Source of the DNA: Pseudomonadales bacterium
Lineage (GTDB): Bacteria; Pseudomonadota; Gammaproteobacteria; Pseudomonadales; UBA7434
DNA length: 64,000 bases
Direction of reading: 5' to 3'
Assembly: GCA_965659815.1 (NCBI GenBank)
Contig: CBFHXO010000003.1
Location: 3,520-67,519, forward strand
The position numbers were made by a program, and so were the translations under genes. Below, piece by piece: positions 21,331-30,071 of this stretch; positions within the stretch are counted from its first letter, which is position 1; each line of letters opens with the position of its first letter. Under the pieces are notes generated by a model. That model was not told the DNA's origin. It searched no databases and worked only from the letters and a program-made list of their open reading frames with translations.

Positions 21331-21492
21331 TGTTAGTGATTCCTGGTGAACCCGGTTAAAATGCTATGGTGTCGCAGCGCTATTATAAGAGTCTGAGAGA
21401 ATTTCGCTCATCCTTTATTTATAACTTTATCGACATATATAGTAAATTATATAGTCAGACAAATTGCTAACCCGGTAACCAAATACAGGCCC

Positions 21493-22593
21493 ATGTCCAC
21501 GCAAGACAATCAACAACGAGCGCAATTAGCGCTATTGTCAAAGCAAATAAAAACCTGGGGGCGCGAGCTGGGCTTTCAGCAGCTGGGTATTACCGACGCC
21601 AACCCCGGCGTGCATAGTGGCTATTTACGTGACTGGTTGCAAAAAAAACTGCACGGCGAAATGCACTATATGGCCGAGCGTGAATCACTGCGCTCCAACC
21701 CGGCACAACTGCACCCCAACACCTTGCGAGTGATTAGTGCACGTATGGACTACCTGCCACCCGATGTTGAAACGGTAAAGCTGCTGGATCATCCTAGCAA
21801 GGCCTATATATCCCGCTATGCATTGGGCCGTGACTATCACAAGCTGATTCGCAAACGGTTAAAAGCCTTATCCGATAATATCATTGACTACTGCCAGCAA
21901 CAGAGCATTGCAAGCGACCAACCGCTATCGCAACGCCCGTTTGTCGATAGCGCTCCAGTACTGGAGCGCGCCTTTGCCGAAAAAGCCGGGCTGGGATGGA
22001 TCGGCAAAAACACCATGCTAATTAATTCCCGTGTAGGGTCGTGGTTTTTTTTGGGTGAGTTACTCACCAACTTGCCACTGCCGGTTGACGAAGCACAACA
22101 AAGCAAACATTGCGGCAGTTGTACCGCTTGTCTGGAGATTTGCCCTACTCATGCGTTTAACGCAGCCTTTGAACTGGATGCCCGCAAGTGTATTTCTTAT
22201 CTCACCATCGAACTCAAAGGCAGCATACCAGAGGCGTTGCGGCCGCTCATTGGCAACCGGGTATTTGGTTGTGATGACTGCCAGCTGATTTGCCCCTGGA
22301 ACAAGTTTGCCAAAACCACCAGCGAAAAAGATTTTGGCCCGCGTCACGGGCTGGACAATGCCGAACTGATTGAATTGTTTTTATGGACCGAGCAAGAATT
22401 CGATAGCAGAACCAATGGCTCGCCCATCAAACGCATTGGCTACCAACGCTGGTTACGCAATATTGCGGTGGGGCTTGGCAACAGTGATCGATTAGCGGCC
22501 GGCGACACAATCAGCGCTTTGCAAAGCAAACTGGGAATATCGCCGCTAGTCGATGAACATATCCATTGGGCCATAGAACAGCTTCAGCAGTAA
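21493..22593 (+). CDS. queG: Epoxyqueuosine reductase
   Basis: 366 aa. Two 4Fe-4S motifs (CGSCTACLEICP, CDDCQLICPW). It is divergent from nnr, as in E. coli. Confidence 0.92.
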   Translation: MSTQDNQQRAQLALLSKQIKTWGRELGFQQLGITDANPGVHSGYLRDWLQKKLHGEMHYMAERESLRSNPAQLHPNTLRVISARMDYLPPDVETVKLLDHPSKAYISRYALGRDYHKLIRKRLKALSDNIIDYCQQQSIASDQPLSQRPFVDSAPVLERAFAEKAGLGWIGKNTMLINSRVGSWFFLGELLTNLPLPVDEAQQSKHCGSCTACLEICPTHAFNAAFELDARKCISYLTIELKGSIPEALRPLIGNRVFGCDDCQLICPWNKFAKTTSEKDFGPRHGLDNAELIELFLWTEQEFDSRTNGSPIKRIGYQRWLRNIAVGLGNSDRLAAGDTISALQSKLGISPLVDEHIHWAIEQLQQ

Positions 22594-22660
22594 AAATAAA
22601 CTTTACGTCATCTACCCTAGCAAGCTTTGCTATCACGATACGCTTTTTGCATAATTTCTT

Positions 22661-22689
22661 GCAACGACATGTCCCGCAACGAAATGTCC
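22661..22689 (+). promoter_or_regulatory. Tandem direct repeat gcaacgaNatgtcc x2 upstream of the Rieske oxygenase gene
   Basis: gcaacgacatgtcc (22661-22674), then c, then gcaacgaaatgtcc (22676-22689). The copies match at 13 of 14 positions with a 15-bp period. The repeat ends 32 nt before the ATG at 22722. Confidence 0.4.
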
Positions 22690-22721
22690 TTTATCGATAA
22701 CACTGACTGAAGAGTCTAATT

Positions 22722-24014
22722 ATGCCAACACCTATGGAACGCGCGCCAGACCCGCAGCTGGAATTTAAACCAATTCCCAAGCAGCGCTATACCAGCACTG
22801 ACTTTGCTCAACAAGAATGGCAAAAAATGTGGACAAAGGTTTGGCTAATGGCCGGCAGAGAATCGGATATCCCCAATGAAGGTGACTATTTTAGTTACGA
22901 TATTGGCAGTGAATCGATTTTAATTATTCGCCAGCGCGACGGTACGTTGGCAGCGCGTTATAACGTGTGCATGCATCGCGGTAATCGGCTGTGTGATCAT
23001 GGCATTGGCAATGCGCAACGTTTCTTTTGTAAGTTTCACGGCTGGCAATACGATATCGATGGCAGCTTAAAAAAAGCGTTAGATCCCGATAAATTTCCGC
23101 AGGGCCTGCCCGAAGAGCAGCTTAAGTTACAACCCGTAAAATGCGACACCTGGGCGGGTTTTATTTTTATCAGCCTTAACCCTGATATCGGCTCACTGGG
23201 CGATTATTTAGGTGTGATACCAGAGCACTTAGACCCCTACCACTTTGAAAACTGGAAAGTCGACTTTGACTGCAGCATTGAAATCGATTGTAACTGGAAA
23301 ACCAGTGTCGATGCCTTTAACGAGGCCTACCATATTGCGGCAACGCACACCTGGACCATGGCATTCAGTGACGATGTCAATACCACTTATGACTGTTACG
23401 ATAAACATACGCGAATGATTTTTCCCGAAGTGCAGGCCAGTCCGCGGCACAAGGGTAGCGGCACGGTCACGGAGCAAATTAAGGAAATGTTTTTGCAGCG
23501 AGTGGGTATCGATAGTGAAAACTTTGATGGCAGCCCTGCCGAGGCGCGCACGGCATTTGCCGAAGCAATTAAGGCTTTTGGGCCGAGTGTGGGCGCTGAT
23601 TTTTCGGAGTTAAACGAAGCACAAATGTGTGATGACTTTCATTACACCTTATTCCCTAATGTCACATTTAATACGCACTCGATGTTTGTCTGGGTGTTTA
23701 TGCATCGACCACACCCCACTGACCCAAACAAAATGTTATTTGATTTTATTAACCTGACCAACACGCCAGCGGTGGATGTCAAGCGGCCAAAGCGCTTGTT
23801 TTTAAAAGCCACGCCGGATTTTAAAATTGGTGATGTGCTACCCGGTGGTGAGGTACTGGATGAAGACCTGTACAACCTACCGCGTGTGCAGGCGGGTATG
23901 AACTCTAGTGCGTTCAAGCACTTACATCTCAATGCGCAAGAAATTCGTATCTTGCACTTTCACGATACGCTGATGAGTTATATCGAAATGGATGATAAAG
24001 ACGCCCCTGGCTAA
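22722..24014 (+). CDS. Rieske [2Fe-2S] non-heme-iron oxygenase, alpha (catalytic) subunit
   Basis: 430 aa. Rieske motif CMHRGNRL...CKFHGWQY. Mononuclear iron motif NEAYHIAATH. Confidence 0.85.
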   Translation: MPTPMERAPDPQLEFKPIPKQRYTSTDFAQQEWQKMWTKVWLMAGRESDIPNEGDYFSYDIGSESILIIRQRDGTLAARYNVCMHRGNRLCDHGIGNAQRFFCKFHGWQYDIDGSLKKALDPDKFPQGLPEEQLKLQPVKCDTWAGFIFISLNPDIGSLGDYLGVIPEHLDPYHFENWKVDFDCSIEIDCNWKTSVDAFNEAYHIAATHTWTMAFSDDVNTTYDCYDKHTRMIFPEVQASPRHKGSGTVTEQIKEMFLQRVGIDSENFDGSPAEARTAFAEAIKAFGPSVGADFSELNEAQMCDDFHYTLFPNVTFNTHSMFVWVFMHRPHPTDPNKMLFDFINLTNTPAVDVKRPKRLFLKATPDFKIGDVLPGGEVLDEDLYNLPRVQAGMNSSAFKHLHLNAQEIRILHFHDTLMSYIEMDDKDAPG

Positions 24015-24204
24015 TTGTTGGCAGAGAAGCTGACTAACATTGCCAAAAATTTAGAGCCACGCTGATGTCGATCCAATAGCGTCAGTGCTTCGTATAAAGT
24101 TTGTAGTAAACCCGTTAGATGGACTGTTAATGAGGATCGGCCTACAACATTGCCGATCGCAAATTACTCACTAAGCAAACACTTATTAAAAAGAGAACAT
24201 CGCT

Positions 24205-25098
24205 ATGAAATTCGCTTTCCACGCCACTATGTGCCCCTCTGAACAATATTTACCCTTGTGCCAAGCCGCCGAAGATGCCGGTTTCGACACGTTCACGTTT
24301 CCTGACAGTATTTGTTACCCTGAGAAGGGTTCAGATTGTTATCCTTACAACAGTGATGGTACGCGTGAGTTTTTAGATGGTGTACCTTTTATCGAGCCTT
24401 TTGTTGCGATTCCGTACTTAGCAGCGCATACCAAAAAAATTCGTTTTTCTACTTCGGTGATTAAATTAGCAATACGCCAGCCTGCGGTTGTTGCCAAGCA
24501 GTTAACCAGCATGGCAGCATTAATTGGCGATCGTTTTGATTTCGGCGTGGGTATTAGCCCGTGGCCGGAAGATTTTGAAACCACGCAAATTGCCTGGGAA
24601 AAGCGCGGCAAGCGCATGGATGAGATGATGGAGATTGTTAACGGTCTATCGTCTGGCGAGTACTTTGGTTATGAAGGTGAAATATTTAACTTGGCGCCAA
24701 TTAAGTTGACGCCGGTGCCAGATTTTCATGTGCCTTTATTGGTAGGTGGTCATGCCAAGCCCGCGTTACGACGTGCCGCGCGTTTGGGTGATGGTTGGAT
24801 AGCGGCGGGTGGTAAGGTCGAAGAGTATAAGGAAATGATCGACCAGCTTAATGCTTTCCGTAAGGAGTATGGCCGGGATCATTTGCCGTTTCAAATTCAG
24901 GCGATGTCGCATGACTCGTTTTCTGTCGATGGCTTGACGCAGTTACATGCGATTGGTGTTACCGAGGTGATTATTGCGTTTAGGGATGTTTACGGTATGG
25001 AAGCTGACGATAAGCCGGTTGAAGAGAAAGTTCAGATGATCAACTGGTATGCGGATAATTTGATTAAGCCGTTTAGAGAGCAGCTGGCCGCGGCTTAA
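24205..25098 (+). CDS. Luciferase-like (LLM class) flavin/F420-type oxidoreductase
   Basis: 297 aa with a TIM-barrel LLM-like sequence. The assignment is from overall resemblance recalled from memory. Confidence 0.75.
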   Translation: MKFAFHATMCPSEQYLPLCQAAEDAGFDTFTFPDSICYPEKGSDCYPYNSDGTREFLDGVPFIEPFVAIPYLAAHTKKIRFSTSVIKLAIRQPAVVAKQLTSMAALIGDRFDFGVGISPWPEDFETTQIAWEKRGKRMDEMMEIVNGLSSGEYFGYEGEIFNLAPIKLTPVPDFHVPLLVGGHAKPALRRAARLGDGWIAAGGKVEEYKEMIDQLNAFRKEYGRDHLPFQIQAMSHDSFSVDGLTQLHAIGVTEVIIAFRDVYGMEADDKPVEEKVQMINWYADNLIKPFREQLAAA

Positions 25099-25115
25099 AC
25101 CAGAAGACGATAGTT

Positions 25116-25142
25116 AAAAGGGCCTTATAAAGGCCCTTTTTT
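25116..25142. terminator. Bidirectional Rho-independent terminator
   Basis: The sequence is aaaagggcctt-ata-aaggccctttttt. The stem is flanked by an A-run and a T-run, between the convergent LLM (+) and acyl-CoA dehydrogenase (-) genes. Confidence 0.7.
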
Positions 25143-25187
25143 ATTGCATCAAATGCCATGCATTCGCCTTCTCAAGGATCGAAAGCA

Positions 25188-26345
25188 TCACTTCAAAATC
25201 TCTCTTCCTATAATTAACTTCATCACCTCATTCGTCCCTGCATAAATCCTCTGCACCCGCGCATCGGCAAACGCCCTCGCCACCGGATACTCCCACATAA
25301 ACCCATAACCACCATGCAGCTGCAAACACTCATCCAACACCTCACACTGCAAGTCCGTCGACATCAACTTCGCCTTAGCCCCAGCAACTGCATCCAACTC
25401 CCCCGCCAAATGCAACTCCAAACATCTATCAATAAACACCCGCGCCACAGTCAAATCGGTTGCCATTTCCGCCAGCTTAAACTGCGTATTCTGAAACGCC
25501 GCCACCGGTTTATTAAACGCCGTTCGCTCCTTCACATAATCCACCGTCTGCTCCAGTATCGACTCGGCATTAGCAATGGCGCCCAAGGCTACCGATAAAC
25601 GCTCTTGCGGTAACTCCTCCATTAAATATACAAACCCCATACCCTCTTCACCTAACAGACAGTACTTAGGCACCCGAACATCATTAAAAAACAACTCACA
25701 GGTATCTTGCGCCTTCATACCCAGCTTAACCAGGTTATTGCCCTTGGTAAATCCTTCAAGCCCTGCGTCAACCAATAACAAACTGGTGCCCTTAGCCCCA
25801 GCATCAGGGTCGGTTTTACACACCACAATCACCAGGTCCGATAGCTTGCCATTAGTAATAAAGGTTTTGGAACCATTTAATACATAATGATCACCATCCA
25901 ATACCGCCGTACTTTTAATACCCTGTAAATCAGACCCCGCACCCGGCTCTGTCATGGCGATGGCAGTGACAATATCACCCGACACACAACCCGGCAGGTA
26001 TTTTTGCTTTTGCTCCTCAGTACCGTAGTTAATGATATAAGGCACCGCAATATCCGAGTGCAACGACCAACCCAAACCGGTTAAACCCATACGTGAAACT
26101 TCTTCTACTGCAATGGTGTTGTAACGAAAATCACCACCAACACCACCGTATTCTTCAGCAACTGTAGGCGCCAAAAAACCTTGCGCGCCGGCCTTTCGCC
26201 ACAGTTCTCGGTCAACCTGCCCGTCTTTCTCCCACTGCTCGTGAAATGGCTCAGCTTCGGCTTCTAAAAAACGTCTTACGCTGTCGCGGAACATTTCATA
26301 GTCAGAGTCAAAAATGGTTCTTGCGATCATCGCAATAATCTCCAT
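25188..26345 (-). CDS. Acyl-CoA dehydrogenase
   Basis: 385 aa. Motifs AMTEPGAGSD, LHGGYGF and a C-terminal IYAGTNEVMKLIIGREI. An alternative start lies at 26330. Confidence 0.9.
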   Translation of the reverse strand: MEIIAMIARTIFDSDYEMFRDSVRRFLEAEAEPFHEQWEKDGQVDRELWRKAGAQGFLAPTVAEEYGGVGGDFRYNTIAVEEVSRMGLTGLGWSLHSDIAVPYIINYGTEEQKQKYLPGCVSGDIVTAIAMTEPGAGSDLQGIKSTAVLDGDHYVLNGSKTFITNGKLSDLVIVVCKTDPDAGAKGTSLLLVDAGLEGFTKGNNLVKLGMKAQDTCELFFNDVRVPKYCLLGEEGMGFVYLMEELPQERLSVALGAIANAESILEQTVDYVKERTAFNKPVAAFQNTQFKLAEMATDLTVARVFIDRCLELHLAGELDAVAGAKAKLMSTDLQCEVLDECLQLHGGYGFMWEYPVARAFADARVQRIYAGTNEVMKLIIGREILK

Positions 26346-26432
26346 AACAAGTGAGTTAAATTATTGGTCAGCACTGTCAACCCAGAAGGCAATCGTGCCT
26401 AAAACGGGCAGTTTAACGGCAATGATTAATAA

Positions 26433-26449
26433 TGAATATCATAGGACGC
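26433..26449 (-). promoter_or_regulatory. Copy of the 5452-5501 palindrome half-site with a -10-like TATGAT, upstream of the acyl-CoA dehydrogenase gene
   Basis: tgaatatcataggacgc versus tgaatattataggacgc in the palindrome arm (16 of 17 identical; 17 of 19 with flanks). On the minus strand it reads cgtccTATGATattca, oriented toward the gene. TTCACA lies 16 nt upstream as a possible -35. Confidence 0.35.
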
Positions 26450-26678
26450 GCCAGCCACATGTGAATTTACGCCAAAAGCTTACGATTGGATGCCAGACCA
26501 AAGCGAATTCAATAGAAGCTGTTACGAACAGCGTATCGGAAACATTAACTGCTGGAAAAGTCGCTGCTTAAACATTAGCTTTTTAAACATTTTCAAGTTA
26601 AACATGGCCGGCTTTAGTCCAGATGCCCGGCATTGCACCGGGCCCCATAAACTGGATAAACAGAATTGCTTGCTTAAG

Positions 26679-27446
26679 CTAGAACTGGTTGGGCCTAAAC
26701 ATCGCGTCATGACCACCATCAACAAACAACACCGAACCAACAATGAAACCAGCGCGCTGCTCATCAAGCAAAAAGCAAACAGCCTCGGCAATATCTATCG
26801 GCTGGCCGCTCCTGCCAACCGGAATCGATGCAACAAAATCCTTCATCACATCACTAAACTGCGGGTCATTTAACCCCGCATCAGTGAGCGGTGTGGAGGT
26901 AAAACCCGGTGCAACGGCATTTAAACGAATACCCTCGGCAGCATAAGCCGCTGAGGCTTTGCGCAACCAGCAACTGATTGCATATTTACCGCCACCATAG
27001 GCAAGCTGACCATCACCGATTTCATCCAACTTGGCCGAGGTTGCGGCTTCATCGCCAGATAACATTAAATCAGTCACCGTCTGGTCATACCCCATAGGCG
27101 CAGAGTTTGATGAAATCATCACAATCGCACCCTTCTTTTTGGCCAGCAACGGTTTAACACCCTCGGTGACCGCCAGCGCACCAAAGTAATTGATTTTGCC
27201 GACCAACGATGCCGGCTTAACTTGTGGGCCAACACCAGCGCAAGGCACAAAACCATCCAGACCGTCGGGCGCTGCCGACATTATCCCATCAACAGCCAAC
27301 TGCCTACCCTCAGCAGTAGATAAATCAGCAACGATATCAGCATCCTTAATGTCTACCACGGTCACTTTGTGGCCCTGTGCGATTAACTGCTGTTTGATTG
27401 CATTTCCTATACCAGTTGCTCCCCCGGTCATTGCGTAATGGCCCAT
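26679..27446 (-). CDS. SDR, 3-alpha-hydroxysteroid dehydrogenase/carbonyl reductase-like
   Basis: 255 aa. It appears collinear with my recollection of Comamonas testosteroni 3-alpha-HSD: TGGATGIGNA, VVDIKDADIVADLSTAEGR, LAYGGGKYA, LNAVAPGFTSTPL, DGGHDAMFRP. Confidence 0.75.
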   Translation of the reverse strand: MGHYAMTGGATGIGNAIKQQLIAQGHKVTVVDIKDADIVADLSTAEGRQLAVDGIMSAAPDGLDGFVPCAGVGPQVKPASLVGKINYFGALAVTEGVKPLLAKKKGAIVMISSNSAPMGYDQTVTDLMLSGDEAATSAKLDEIGDGQLAYGGGKYAISCWLRKASAAYAAEGIRLNAVAPGFTSTPLTDAGLNDPQFSDVMKDFVASIPVGRSGQPIDIAEAVCFLLDEQRAGFIVGSVLFVDGGHDAMFRPNQF

Positions 27447-27630
27447 GCTTTTACCTCGTAAATAATAGATCGTGTGTGGTGAGTATTAGCCGAATGCGCA
27501 GGCTAGTGTAATTGATTCTTTACGCCCTGTCGTTTACGACTCGTTCATTTTATCGACACTGACGAATAGCCGTGGCAAAACCATGGCACTTTGGTTAAAT
27601 CACTAACCCCGTTGGTGTATTAACAAAGGG

Positions 27631-27808
27631 GATACTGTTTCGAATATTTTAAACCTGATTGTCGCTATTATTCTTTCGCCGGCGGGTGCGTTTTTGTAAA
27701 TTGGCGCCACCAAAAAAAAATTTTATTAATATTGTGCTAACACTGTTAGGTGGCATCTCCGCCATTATCCATGCCGCTTGGCTGGTCGCCACTAATAAAA
27801 CCAGTTAG
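27631..27808 (+). pseudogene. Decayed Pmp3/YqaE-family small membrane protein gene
   Basis: Two frames together read ..NLIVAIILSPAGAFL*IGATKKK / FINIVLTLLGGISAIIHAAWLVATNKTS*. This matches the Pmp3 pattern (ILPPLGV.L..G....F.INILLTLLGYIPG.IHA.WV). There is a TAA at 27697-27699 and a frame change inside the A9 run at 27712-27720. No ATG start is evident. Confidence 0.55.
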
Positions 27809-27904
27809 CGCAAAATGCTTACACAAGCGGCTGCATTATTATCATAACTAATGTTTTGGCTAATGCTTTAGATACTGTTTTAACCGCTATTAAGTTACGC
27901 ACTA

Positions 27905-28744
27905 CTACTGCCTTCGCTCGAGTGCCGATTTTCTAAAATCGAGTTCGTCAAGGCCGACGCGAAATCGCTGGTTGCTCCACCTTAACACCGTGGTTGCGCC
28001 AGTGGTTTCGTTACGCATGGTTAGCTCATCAGGTCGCCAGTATTGATCGAGATATTGCTGGTAACTCTTTACCGTCATGGTTTTGGCCAACTTACCAGTG
28101 CGCTTACTGTAGAGCTCCGATTTCCAGTTGCGTAGCTCGGCCTTATCCATATAACTCACCGCTTTCTCGTAACCGCTGTAACGATCTTTGGAACGTGTTT
28201 CAATAATATGGCAGGGCTGCAAAGGCTCTCCACACTCGGTTTCGCCTAAATATTGATAGGTGTTTTTTTCCAGCGCAAAAGCCGCCATGTCCTCAAAGGT
28301 AAATTCACTACCCATAAAACGGCCGGTTTGCCGCTTGGAGCTAATGCGCTTAACCCGGTTTTGTGACGGCAAGTAAATCCATTGATGGTCGGGCTTTAAC
28401 GGATAGCTATGGGTGAGAAACACCGTACCGTTAACATCCAGCGGCTTGTGAAAAAATGAGAGGCCTTTGTCGCGCCCACCATCACCCTCGAGGGTTTGGG
28501 TTTTAACTTCGCGCACCACCTCGCGGCCATCGCCTCGGCGAATAATCATTTGCATATCTGCCGCACTATCTTGCCAGCCGTTATCCCGGCGCTCGGCCTC
28601 GGCCATAATGCTATAGGCCTGATTGGGCGCAGACGACTCCGCACTGGTAGACCCCGACGCTGTCGTTAAATCGGCTTCGGCAAATACCGCCGCTGCGCTT
28701 AACACACCAGCCAGAGACACTGGCAAGATCAACTGCTTCAACAT
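27905..28744 (-). CDS. LolA-like outer-membrane lipoprotein-sorting family protein (periplasmic carrier)
   Basis: The track ORF extends to 28873. The plausible start is the ATG at 28744, giving the signal peptide MLKQLILPVSLAGVLSAAAVFA. Family hallmarks are DVNGTVFLTH, QWIYLPSQNRVKRISS and FMGSEFTFEDM. Confidence 0.7.
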   Translation of the reverse strand: MLKQLILPVSLAGVLSAAAVFAEADLTTASGSTSAESSAPNQAYSIMAEAERRDNGWQDSAADMQMIIRRGDGREVVREVKTQTLEGDGGRDKGLSFFHKPLDVNGTVFLTHSYPLKPDHQWIYLPSQNRVKRISSKRQTGRFMGSEFTFEDMAAFALEKNTYQYLGETECGEPLQPCHIIETRSKDRYSGYEKAVSYMDKAELRNWKSELYSKRTGKLAKTMTVKSYQQYLDQYWRPDELTMRNETTGATTVLRWSNQRFRVGLDELDFRKSALERRQ

Positions 28745-28769
28745 ATTTTTACCGACCCGGAATTGTTGA

Positions 28770-30068
28770 TTAATTAAAATAATGTGTGTATGTGATCGAC
28801 AGGTAATCGTCGTTGTGCAAATCAAAAAAATCGCTGTCGCGCATACGCGTTTGTGCATTACCCGCCGCATCAAAAACCCGCGCCGTTACATCGACGCGGG
28901 CACTATCGCCAAAGCGGCGACTATACTCAATAAACGCCAGCGCTTCTTCATGATCAATATCGGCTATAGCGCCTAACAGCAGTTCGGTTCCCTGGATATC
29001 ATTAAGACCCAATCGAAGCCCTAAAAAAATATCATTGGCAAATAACTCGTTTCGCCGCTGGTCCCACAGGTATTCTGTTAAAACACCTAAATCGTAACCG
29101 GTCTCGCCCAGGCCAGACCAGGTAAACTCAAAGCCTGCGGCAGCAGCGACAAACTGCCCCTGGTTGCGCTGCGCTGCCTGCGCTTGCAAATGCAGTGGTA
29201 AGCGAAAACCCGAGCGCGCAATACCCTCAAATTTCCAAAGCCAATCGCCCGCCGCATATTGAACCTCCAGCCCGGTTTGTTCAATGACTGGATAGTAAGG
29301 TATTAATGTGGCCGCATTGGCTGATGCACCACCGCCCAGCAGTAACAAAGGCTCGCGCGAGGTACCCGAAAAGTGACTAATGGCCAGCTCCCAGTCACCA
29401 AGCAAGAATGTGGTGCGCATTGCCGCATCGGTGCGCCATTGCTCGGCGCCAGACTCATACATTGAATCGTCTACCGCAAATACCAGCGGGCTGCGCAAAC
29501 GCGCATCGTCACCTGGAAACAAACGCTCGCGAAAGCCCGGCAGCAAAAACAACTCGACACTGGCCCAGTTGCCACTCCACACCAGGTTAACCATTGTCTG
29601 ACCGAGCTTGTCTTCACCATCGACATCGCCAGTTAAATCTGTCTGATTAATAATATCAACCAGATGTATCGACTCGGTTGTGCGCCAACTCAGCGTGCGC
29701 ACACCGCTACGCAACTCCCAATTGCGGTTGATATGAGTCCAGCTGAGCGATTGCAAATCAAAGCGTGATCGCTCGCTGTCCTGGCTGTTGTAACGCACAA
29801 AAGGCACTACGGTAAAATTATTTTTCAGGCGACCGCTGCTATCGAGTCTGTCGTATGCAAAACGTCCCTGCCAGCTAAGCGATGCGTCCTGATTATGGTC
29901 GACATAGTCGCTGGGCTGGGCGAACTGCCTGAATTCCAAACCCAGTTCATGACGGATTTCAAACCGCGTCGATTCAGCCAGCGCTGACTGCGCAAACAAC
30001 AACCCTAGCGCAGCAACCAGACCGCGGCCGCACAAGTGGGCTTGAGTGTATTGACCCGGTGCAAACAA
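28770..30068 (-). CDS. Putative outer-membrane beta-barrel protein, uncharacterised family
   Basis: 432 aa. The TTG start has an AAGGA Shine-Dalgarno 7 nt upstream. The signal peptide is ..GLVAALGLLFAQSALA. The sequence alternates hydrophobic and polar residues and ends ITYTHYFN, which resembles an OMP beta-signal. Confidence 0.55.
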   Translation of the reverse strand: MFAPGQYTQAHLCGRGLVAALGLLFAQSALAESTRFEIRHELGLEFRQFAQPSDYVDHNQDASLSWQGRFAYDRLDSSGRLKNNFTVVPFVRYNSQDSERSRFDLQSLSWTHINRNWELRSGVRTLSWRTTESIHLVDIINQTDLTGDVDGEDKLGQTMVNLVWSGNWASVELFLLPGFRERLFPGDDARLRSPLVFAVDDSMYESGAEQWRTDAAMRTTFLLGDWELAISHFSGTSREPLLLLGGGASANAATLIPYYPVIEQTGLEVQYAAGDWLWKFEGIARSGFRLPLHLQAQAAQRNQGQFVAAAAGFEFTWSGLGETGYDLGVLTEYLWDQRRNELFANDIFLGLRLGLNDIQGTELLLGAIADIDHEEALAFIEYSRRFGDSARVDVTARVFDAAGNAQTRMRDSDFFDLHNDDYLSITYTHYFN

Positions 30069-30071
30069 AAG

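Noticed and set aside
26420-26443. An AT-rich stretch, aatgattaataatgaatatcat, that superficially resembles a Fur box.
   Set aside because: The match to the GATAATGATAATCATTATC consensus is poor when aligned. The downstream gene is an acyl-CoA dehydrogenase with no iron link. The right part is better explained as the shared palindrome half-site.
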